Shown piece after piece: positions 53,808 through 64,000 of a DNA stretch of 64,000 nucleotides; within the stretch, counting starts at the first letter, position 1, and every line of letters begins with the position of its first letter. A program made the position numbers and the translations under genes. The notes beneath the pieces were generated by a model that was not told the origin of the DNA, did not search any database, and was given only the letters and a program-made list of their open reading frames with translations. The stretch spans positions 74,152,001 through 74,216,000 of the forward strand of contig OX597816.1 in NCBI GenBank assembly GCA_951406725.2. Direction: 5' to 3'. This stretch comes from Octopus vulgaris. Lineage: Eukaryota.

Positions 53808-54205
53808 GGTATGGCTCTATGGTAAGAAGCTTGCTTCCCAATCACATGGTCCTGGATTCAGACCCACGACGTAGCATCTTGGGTAAGTGTCTTTTACTAT
53901 AGCCTCGGGCCGATCAAAGCTTTGTGAGTGGATTTGGTAGACGGAAACTGAAAGAAGCCTGTCGTATGTATGTATATTAATGTGTGTGTGTCTGTGTTTA
54001 TCACCCCACTATCGCCTGACAACAGATGTTGGTGTGTTTACGTCTCCATGACTTAGTGGTTCGGCAAAAGAGACCAATAGAATAAGTACTAGGTTTACAA
54101 AGAATAAGTCCCGGAGTCGATTGCCTCGACTAAAAACCCTTTAAGGCAGTGTTCCAGCATGGCAGCAGTCAAATAACTGAAACAAGTAAAAGAATAAAAG
54201 AATAG
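53808..54205 (+). mobile_element. tRNA/CORE-like SINE family B with internal (TA/TG)n (other copies about 4915-5327-, 15504-15985-, 26822-26990+, 42866-43140+, 43165-43435-, 46335-46710-, 54420-54750-, 56735-57052-, 61705-62110+)
   Basis: Family consensus GGCTGTGTGGTAAG..GGTTCAGTCCC head, CORE-like CACCTTGGGCAAGTGTCTT, and 3' CCAGCATGGCCGCAGTCAAATGACTGAAACAAGTAAAAGA. Confidence 0.85.
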
Positions 54206-56183
54206 AAATGTGAGGTTTTTTTTTCTGCCCCGGGCACTCCCCAACTGAGAAGATACGTGTTCAAAGACATTTCAGTCGTGACCATCCAAGTTTATTTCCA
54301 GATATATCTACGACTTCACAATGTCTATTAAATATTTAAGGAGTTGAGGGAGATATGAAGGATATTTAAATACTATTTCCAGCAGATCGAGTCACTACCT
54401 AGAGGCTCCCTCGTCCGCTCGATTTTGTTTCAGTCATAAGCACCACCTTGAAGAACTTTTAGTAGAATGATTCAACCCCACTACTTATTCTGACGGCTTC
54501 TTTTGCCGAGCCGCTAAGTTACGGGGACATAAATACACCAACACCGGTTGTCAAGCGGTGGTAGGGGACAAACACACACACACATACAGGCATTGAACGG
54601 GCTTCCTTCAGTTTCTGTCAACCAAATCCACTCACAAGGCTTTGGTCGATCCGTGGCTGTAGTAAAAGATATTTCCTCAAGGTGCCACGCAGTGAGCCGA
54701 AACCGGAAACATGTGATTGGGAAACAAACTTCTAACCACACAGCCACACCTTCAAAGCAACGACAATACAATGGAAGGGAGTGTTTGATAATTTTAAGTG
54801 AATACGTTCTTAAGGTTGGAGCTGATTTTTAGCTTTAGGCTTCTATAACAACTTTAAAATAGCCCTCACCTCCTGTCATCAGTATGACACCAACCTATCA
54901 CATGTTGCCCTCGGTGAGGCTTAGGATAACAATTTTAAGGTTCAAGGGAGTGCAATGTAGGGTTTTCCAGTAGGTGTAGGATCCCAAGCGATTAAGTGGA
55001 AAGTCATTAGATATACCCCTGGGCCCTCACAAATTTTTCTAGCCCAGTGTTATTACAAAAGCCCAGCTCGTAGATAGCAGAATCAACTACAGAAACAAGA
55101 AAACACCTGAAGCGTAAATAAATCCACAATGTATGAGATGGTTGTCTGATGATCTATCTACTGGACCAACTCGTCTTTTAATAACCCCTTGTATTGGTGT
55201 CAACTGACAAACACAGATTATACTAGACCCCATACAAGAGAGCATGGCCCAACCACAAGGGAAAGAAGACATTTATGGACCACTGATAAGGAGTTTGCAA
55301 ATCCAGTACCCAAAATACACCTTCAGTGTTATACCTATTATTATTATTATTATTAAAGCAATAGAACACGTACCAGCCCACCTGGAATAAAGTAAAGCTG
55401 AACTTCAGTTCTTGGGGACAGAATGCAAATCCTTAATTAAAATGACCACGAGGTCCTTTGCTGCACAAACTTGCAATCAAGCTTCCTTGTACGAAGAATT
55501 CATAAATTGTTAAAAAAAAAAAGAAACTGCTGCAGTCGATGACATTTAAAGGACTAACAACAACTCTATCCACACAGCTATCGATAAGAACTTTTATTTT
55601 TAAGTGGCATTCCGACGTGTACGATAAATGGAACTGTCTGCTCGTGAAGTTAACGCGAAATTTATTCCACAAACACGCGTGCCCTTAACGCAGTTCAAGG
55701 AGATACAGCATGTATCAGGGAGATACAACGTGACACAGAGTGTGACAAGGCTGGCTCCTTTTGAAATACAGGTACATTTTTGCCAGGTAGGTGGACTGGA
55801 ACAACGTGAAATAAAGTATCTTGCTCAAGGACACAGCACCCCGCCAGAAATCTAACTTATGACCACTAAACTACTCACGTTCACCGATGAGAACTGAAGC
55901 AAAGAATTAGGTTATCGGCAAGAACACATCCCGGTGACAGATTGTCTATAGCATTATTCATCCTGGCAGTGTCGCTCTTATTTATGTTGAAGAAATGCAA
56001 AGGAGTTCTAGGACAATTACCCCTAAGGACAACAGATGGCGATTTAAAACTTCTTAATATATTGGAGAGGTGGTAATTAACCAAGAGTAGGTAATTGTCC
56101 TAGGGAGTAGTTGTAGTCGGGTGGGGGTAATTGTCCTAGCGGGGTATATTGTCCTGATACGATGCAAAGGCTGCACCTTTGAG

Positions 56184-56701
56184 CAGTGGTTTCCAACCTG
56201 TGATCCGCAGACCCCTGATGGCCCGCAAAGGTAGTACTGGGGGTCCGTGAACTAAATTAAAAATTCCACACACACATATATACGGCACTCCGTCGGTTAC
56301 AACGACGAGGCGCCCAGTTGTTCCGATCAGCGGAACTGCCTGCTCGTGAAATTAACGTGTAAGTGACTGACCACTCCACAGACACGTGTACCCTTAACGC
56401 AGTTCTCAGGAAGATTCAGCGTGATACAGAATGTGACATGGCTGGCCCTTTGAAATACAGGTACTACTCATTTTTGCCAGCTGAGTAGACTGGAGCAACG
56501 TGAAATAAAGTGTCTTGCTCAAGGACACAACGCGTTGCTAGGAATTGAACTCACCACCTTACAATCGTGAGCCGAATGCCCTAACCACCAAGCCACGCGC
56601 CTTCACATATATACATAAGGATAAGCATATTAAAAGGGGTCCATGGGAAAACTCACTTAAATAAAAGGGGCCCTTGGTAGTGAAAAGGTTGGGAATCACT
56701 G
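56184..56701. mobile_element. hAT (Charlie-like) MITE with nested SINE
   Basis: TIRs CAGTGGTTTCCAACCT / AGGTTGGGAATCACTG and an 8-bp TSD cctttgag / ccttagag. Confidence 0.85.
56283..56606 (-). mobile_element. tRNA/CORE-like SINE family E (related copies about 55628-55850-, 62130-62474+)
   Basis: Head GTGAAGGCGCGTGGC..GAGTTCAATTCC, then GTGTCCTTGAGCAAGACACTTTATTTCACG. Confidence 0.8.
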
Positions 56702-58559
56702 CCTTAGAGTTTACAGATGAGAGAAAAGATTGTCTTTTATCCTTTACATGTTTCAGTCTTTAGACTGCGGCCATGTTGGAGCACTGATTGGAAGAATTTT
56801 TAGTTAAATGAATCGACTCCAGTATTTACTTTTTCAAGCTTGGTATTTATTCTATTGGTCTCTTTTGCCGAATCGCTAAGTTACGGGGACGTAAACACAC
56901 CAACACCCGTTGTCAAGCGGTGGTAGGAGACAAACACAATCTCTCTCTCTCTCTCGCACACACACACACACTCACACACACACACAGAATGGTGCTGAAC
57001 CCGGAACCATGTAGTCGGGAAAAAAACTCCTTACGACGCAGCTACACCTGCACAATAATTCAGCACCTTTAATGCTCAAAATTGTTTCAGGTGTTTATCA
57101 GGCCCTTGGATAGCCACACAGGTTTCCACATCAGGGATCAATACTGACCATTATGCCGACCCCTGCTCTGGAGAAAGCCATTAAAAAAAGACATTGAATA
57201 CCTTGGTTTTTCTTTGTCGATTTCAAAGAATCGATTCTTATTAAATAATATTAATAAGCAAAACAGAATGGCTTAATAACAAAATTCATAAATAAATCAA
57301 TATTCTGACGTATATAAAACTAAATGACAGCATAAAATGCATAGACAAGCGCCCACTTGGACCACATATGGCACTAATAATTTCAATACGTGAATAGTAG
57401 TTGTAGTGTGGAGGCGCAATGGCCCAGTGGTTAGGGCAGCAGACTGCTGGTCGTAGATCGCAGTTTCGATTCTCAGATCGGGCGTTGTGAGTGTTTATTG
57501 AGCTATAACACCTAAAGCTCCACGAGGCTCCGGCAAGGGTGGTGGCAAAGTCTGCTGTATTCTTCCGCCACAATTTTCTCTCACTCTTTCTTCATGTTTC
57601 TGTTGTATCTCTGTTTCAAAGGGGCAAGCCTTGTCACACTGTGTCACGCTGAATCTGCCCCGAGAACTACATTAAGGGCACACGTGTCTCTGGAGTGCTC
57701 AGCCACTTACACGTTAATTTCACGAGCAAGCTGTTCCGTTCATCATATCAACTGGAACCCTCGTCGTCGTAACCGTCAGAGAACGACGGGTAGTAGTAAT
57801 AGTAGTAGTAGTAGTAGCGGTGGTGGTGGTGGTAATCTGTGACGCTTGCAATCTTTTTAAATATTCTTAAAGATGAATTCGTTCTGTTTTGATAAAAGTT
57901 TACTTGAAAAAACTGACTTAACCATTTAGCGTTTAAACTGGCCATATTTGGCCCAAATATTCCACCTATTTTATATTTAAAATGGCCCTGATCTAGCTTC
58001 TCACATCTACCCTACAAAGCCATTCTTAAAATAAACAATGACAACGTCGAAATTTCGAAGCTACAAGATAATCCACGATTAATTCAAAATAATGTGAAGA
58101 AATAAGCATTAGGTTTGACAATAATCTGAATGCTCATTGTTGACGGAGGGAATTTCATTCAGATATTTAAAAAAAAAACTAAGCCTTGGTCCTTATTTTA
58201 GTGAAATCAGTGGGGGTTTTGTAAAATAATCTCTTATCATTTACTTGTTTCAGTCATTGGACTGAGGCCGTGCTGAAATACCACCTAGAAGGGGTTTTAG
58301 TTGAACAGATCGAACCTAGTCGTATCGAATCTAGCAATTAAATACGAATATATTGTGTATGTAGACGTAATGTTTATATTATTTGTAACTTACATTGTTG
58401 GTTTCCTACCACCACTTCGCATTCTTTATTTTTCCGGTGACAGACTAACGTCCGAAACGTCTGGCCTTCTTTATAAGCGTTAAACTAATGAAACATTTGT
58501 TATAAGTTATCCCCCACGAGTATCTTTTTTGTGTTCATTGTTTAATAACTACATACATA

Positions 58560-58756
58560 TTGGGTCTTCCCATAGATAATGCGGATTTTTCATTTGCATG
58601 AACTAAAAATCGGAGGGGTCGGAATAAATTACCTGCATCAACTTGCTATAAAAGCAGGTAGTAATTTTACCTTGTACTTATTCTTAGTGCAAGATTTAAA
58701 GAGTGCGGTTCGATTTTTTCAAAGTTATAATAAAAGTGACAAAGAAGCATATTTTG
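58560..58756 (+). mobile_element. 5' fragment of the same mariner family as 38582
   Basis: TA plus TTGGGTC.TCCATAGATAATGCGG, with 5' UTR similar to 38582-38790. Confidence 0.8.
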
Positions 58757-59361
58757 CCGTGTGAATTTTCCGAAACTCCTCACTCTACCCCCATCGGAAA
58801 AATTCTTTCCCATAAATCCCTATATACTTTGAAGCCACAATATCTAAGCGATATTTGTAGAAAATTGTGTTAAAAAGTATCCAATTTTCTGGTTGTTATG
58901 AAGCAACAAAGTCGGGGCGTATACATCTGTAGTAATGCCTATTTTTTTAATACGATTTTTTCATTTCATATTTATTTCATTCATTGTTTGCAATGTTCTC
59001 TCTCTTTCTCACACACTCACACTGTAAAGCTTACAGATGGGCTGCTGAATTGAAATCTCTATGTTGCTTTGAGGTGAAGGTAAAACTTGACAAACTGTTG
59101 TTGGACTACCGTGATGTTTGTTTAAAAAAGAGAGATTATGACTGATAAAATAATGAAAGCAATATTTACTAGGCAAGTGAGCGCTATTATACAAAGAAAT
59201 AATTAGACGTAAAATCTAAAAATTATTAGAATTGGGAATCAAATGTGAAAATATCAAGGGGCTATCAGAAAACCACCCGGAGGGCAGTCTTACTGCTAGT
59301 TTTTATCAACTTGAAATATTAGTTTTTACATTTACACATCTGTTGAAATGAACAAAAAGTA

Positions 59362-59872
59362 CTGGGTCTGATAAAAAAGTAATGGGATTGTTGTTATGGT
59401 AACGGAGTTAAAGTACGCATTGTGAAACAGCTTGGTACAGATTGATCTTGAACTCTGTCGCACATACACACTAAGTTATAATGTTCTCACTCACTTCCAT
59501 TGTTTATTGCAGCAGTACTTGGAAGTAGAGTGTGGTTGTCTCACCATACCTCAGCGGTTCCATCACTGACCATGGCAGAGAAACTGCATCGAATTTTGCC
59601 AAAAGCTTGGTGACACCTGCGCTTTTCCCTTTTTCAAATCCCACTTGAAAAACTAGATTTCAAAACCCAGAGAAAATCTAAGAAAGCGCAACGATCAGCT
59701 GCTCGCCATTCCAAAAAAGGAGTTCCAGGAATGCTTCCATCGATGGAAAAACACTGGATAAAGAGTGTGTCTTCAAAAGGGAACTACTTCGAAGGAGCTT
59801 AAATGCTGGATTGATATGTGTTGTAGTTTTCTTTTCATAGCACCAATCCTTGTACTTCTTGCTCAGACCTCG
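59362..59872 (+). mobile_element. Internally deleted mariner-type element
   Basis: Imperfect TIRs (GGTCTGA..AA.AAGTA...GGATTG), TA flanks, and transposase remnants CIEFCQKLGDT and IPKKEFQECF...GNYFEG. Confidence 0.7.
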
Positions 59873-60955
59873 TATTCTAGAGACATCGAATGGATAAAGT
59901 ACAAGTTTTCGCTGCATTATACACTAAATAGTAATATGAAGATGGTTCGTTATTACTGAGAACAAATTAAGCAGACAGAATAACAATGTCTTGTCACAAA
60001 GGTGACTCACATAGTCTCTAGTAAGATAAGGATTATTCTTGTCAGAATAAGTAGAAAAAGTGAGAACACCTATGATTGAACTGAATGACATACCTCTGTG
60101 TAGCATCAGAGGTCGTTCTATCGAGATATCCAAAATTCCAGCTTTTTATAGCCTTCAGCGGAGTTTCTAGAATGTTCAATCAAACTATTTGGCAGGAAGG
60201 TTCCAGCTCGGTCACACACCAGCTGATTTGATTACCTGAGCTAAGTTCGCATAGGCATTAGTACCTTTTTATGGCAACACAATTTTTTCATAACTGGCCT
60301 TGTTTTTATGGCAATATCGTAGGCTGTGGTCCTCAGCCGTGGAAGATGAGCAATGTGATTCAAGACTTTGTAGGAGTTTTGCTACAATCTATTTTTTTAA
60401 TTCTTATTTATTTTAATTTGTCCTTCTTCGCTTCCCGAGAATATATTTGAAATTCTGAGCAGTTTTCTTGTCCGTTGTATCTGATGATACTAAACGTTAA
60501 ACCGTTAGCCACAAAGAGATTAAATATCAGACGGTATGTTCACAAAATGTCTATACACAATATTTTCGTTGGACTTCACTCAACAAACTTTACCTGACAA
60601 AAAATATTTTTGTCATTTATTGTTAAAACTACAGTCGCTCTTAATCTTGTGGTTGTTGTTGATCTTTTCCTTCTCTTTCTACTCTACCCGCCCCATCCTC
60701 TCTTAATCACCATCATACCTGGAATCTCGTAGCGTTTCAAATCCAAGAATTTCGTGCTTCACCGTTAGGACACGTCACCAACACTGGGCACACTACGAGA
60801 AAACAAACCTCCACTACTACCAGATGATTCGCCGTGGTGTTTTGTGAAGGTTAAGAGGGGACGTTGAGAATGCCACAAGAATTTTACTTATGGTTAAAGG
60901 AGAAAGCTAAATAGATAGATAGAAATAAGTAGCTAGGTAAGTAGGTATGTGTGTA

Positions 60956-61019
<64 letters not shown>

Positions 61020-61084
61020 GAGAGAGAGGTGGGGAGAGACGCGCAGACAGATAGACAGACTGACAGATAAATATATATATATAT

Positions 61085-61135
<51 letters not shown>

Positions 61136-63852
61136 TAGAAATAGAGGTAGAGATGGAGGAGGAAGACAGGCCGGCAGTGGGGAGTCGGGTTGACATAAGG
61201 GAAAGTGTAAAAAAAAAGGAATTTAGCAGCAGATACCAAGAGAACCAGAAATGTTGAGAAAAACAAATAGAGAGAGAAAGAAAGGGGGAGAGAGAGAGAA
61301 ATAGAGAGAGAGAGAGACAGAGAGACAGAGATTGGACATGAAGTAGACATAGGAAATTGGAGAATGTGTAGGTGTGCGTGCGTGTTCGTGTGTGTGTGTG
61401 TGTGTGTGTGTGTGCATGTGCGTGTGTGAGTGTACATAAGTGAGTTGTTTCTATTTTTTTTTGCTTTATTTTTTTAGTGTTTGTTGTGTTTGTGTGTGAG
61501 TGCATATTTCTGAGTGTGTATTTGCGAATGCGTGTGCGTGTGACAAAAACATAAACATTAACATAGACAGGTAAACAAAGTGTGTGTGTAATACATGTGT
61601 ATGCATTTGTGTGGATGTATATTTACGTAACTATGTATGGCGAATATAAATCCACGAAACGAGATAAGCAACAAATTAGTAAAAAGCAGTCAAAGGATGT
61701 GACGCGGGCGTGGCCGTGTGGTAAGAAGCTTGCATCCCAACCATATGGTTTCGGGTTCAGTCCCGCTGCGTGGCACCTTGCGCAAATGTCTTCTACTATA
61801 GCCTCGGGCCGACCAAAGCTTTGTGAGTGGATTTGGTAGACGGAAACTGGAAGAAGCCCGTCGTATATAAATGTATATATGTATGTGTGTGTGTGTATGT
61901 ATATATATGTGTATGTGTGTCTGTGTTTGTCCCCGCCACCGTCGCTTGATAACCAATGTTGGTGTATTTACGCCCGAAACTGAACGGTTCAACTAAACAG
62001 ATCGATAGAATAAGTACTAGGCTTACAAAGAATATGTCCTGGGGTCGATTCCTTCGGCTAAAGGCGGTGCTCCAGCACGGGCACAGTCAAATGACTGAAG
62101 TAAATAAAAGAATATGTGTGGGCGTGTGTGTGAAGGTGCATGGCACAGTGCTTAGAGCGTCTAATTCAAAATCATGAGATAGTGAGTTCGATTCCTGGAC
62201 TAGTCTGTGTGTTGTGTTCTTGAGCAAGACACTTTATTTCACGTTGCTCCAATTCATTCAACTGTGGAAATGAGTTGTGACGTCACTGGTGCCATTCTGT
62301 ATCGGCCCTTTTGCCTTTCCCTTGGATAACATCAGTGGTGTGGAGAGGGGAGGCTGGTATGCATGGGCGACTGCCGGTCTTCCACAAACACCCTTCTCCA
62401 GATATGTACCTTAGAGAGGAACTTTCTAGGTGCAATCCCATGGTCATTCATGACCGAATGGGGTCTTTACCCTCTTATACACACACACACACACACACAC
62501 ATGCATATATACATGTATGTGTGTATACATCACAGAATCCGAAAAACTGGCCTTATGAGTCGATGATTCAGAAAAGAGCTGTGATCTGTTTTTTTATGTA
62601 TTGTGTATATATGTGTGTGTATATGATACTGATGAAAGTATGTATGTGCATGTATGCATGCATACATGTATGGCAGAATCGGTAGAGCGTCGGAAAAACT
62701 ATCCTGCCATATTTGCTCTCTGCTCCTTTTCTGAAATGATCAAAAACAGATTTACAAGAATTAGACAGAAAAACTAGGAAGTTACAACGCGTAAAGCATA
62801 CCGCCTTAAAAATAATACTGACATATTCTACCGACCAAGAAAGGAAGGAGACGAAGGCTTCTTAAATATAGAAAGCACCAGTGCAAAAAATTGTCTTAAC
62901 TACCATACTGAGAAGACCATTGTCACTGTGAATTTTATTTCCTTTTTTCCCCTTTATTTTCTTTGTTTACTTTTATATTTTTCCTTTTTTTCCTTTTCCC
63001 TCTGTCTTCCTTCCCGGTTTTCTCTATCACATGACTTTGTAAATGAAGGATCTGGTGTGTTTATTTTAATGGCCTACCAATGTATACAAAGCGTTTCACT
63101 GTCCTAGGTGTCAGGTAGACACTCGGTAAGAAATGGAAATAGAATTGAAAGAAGATGATAACAATGTTTTCAAATTTTGCCACAACGGCAGCCTTTTGGG
63201 GAAGGGGATGAGTCGATTACATCGACCCCAGTGTTCGATTGGTACGTAATTTATCGACCGCGTAAGGATGAAAAGCAAAGTCGACCTCGGCGGAATTTGA
63301 ACTCAAAACGGAGCGACGGGCGAAATACTGTGAAGGAGGCTGTAGAAAATTTATTAACAGTAATAAATAGTTTGTCCTTATCTAATACAAGCCGAAGTTA
63401 ACAAATTCATCATTCAAAATAGTTCCAAAGGAAGAGGTAATAATAACAAGTTCTACTTAGGAATTTTTAAATGAATAGCATGAGACCTTTTGGTTTTCTC
63501 TTCACTTAAATTCCTGCCTTCCTTTAGTATTCCTGTTGTTGTAGATCGATGGATAGATGTATGTATATATGTAAGTATACTGTAATGTGTTAATATGTAT
63601 GTATAATATATAATATATATATATATATTATAAAAATATGTTAGTGTTATTTAATTTCTGAACGGTTTTGCTGCCATTTGTTTATGTAGTTTGATTTATT
63701 TATCTATCAGTTTCTACTAAAATAGAGACGCGAGTAAAATTAATAATAGAGAAACGAAAAGAAAACTTTGGAAACAGCCAAAAGCGAGATAACTGAGAAA
63801 GACTTGAAAGTCAACGTAAGATCGTAATCATGTAAAGTAAAGTAAATATAAC

Positions 63853-64000
63853 AAAAAATCCAGAATCCTTGTCCGGTACTGGATCGATCCCAAAATTTAA
63901 TCAGTTCGTGCCAACTACGGGGCCAAACATTCCTGAAAGTTTCTTCTGAATCCATTCAGCGGTTCTTAAGATATCTTGTCTACGGACAAACAAACAAACA
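63853..64000 (-). mobile_element. Second copy of the HINE-like element, running off the window
   Basis: Reverse complement similar to 23838-23985. Confidence 0.7.

Overview
Eukaryotic, AT-rich, repeat-saturated DNA. The SINE, LINE and microsatellite complement looks like an Octopus (coleoid cephalopod) genome; this is an inference. One host gene is recognisable: the 5' part of ESRP/fusilli (epithelial splicing regulatory protein) on the minus strand. Five coding exons (52297-52172, 51824-51681, 29999-29777, 9005-8916, 4743-4689) splice in frame into about 212 aa of the N-terminal DnaQ-like domain, and the RRM exons lie beyond position 1. Intron 3 (9006-29776, 20.8 kb) has U12 (minor spliceosome) signals at both ends. 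The rest is mostly tRNA-derived SINEs, RTE, R4/Dong-like and Penelope-like retroelement remnants, mariner/Tc1, piggyBac, hAT and Helentron-type non-autonomous elements, a solo LTR and microsatellites. Nearly all ORFs in the supplied track are repeat artefacts. The most unusual signals are: (1) a tRNA-headed short retroposon carrying a minimal type I hammerhead ribozyme with Penelope-style inverted 5' ends, (2) other hammerhead families, (3) a 62-66 bp pseudoknot-like module amplified in RTE 3' UTRs, and (4) a 7x73 bp array of Pol III B-boxes. Repeat coordinates were read by eye and are approximate. Family names come from recalled motifs, not database searches.
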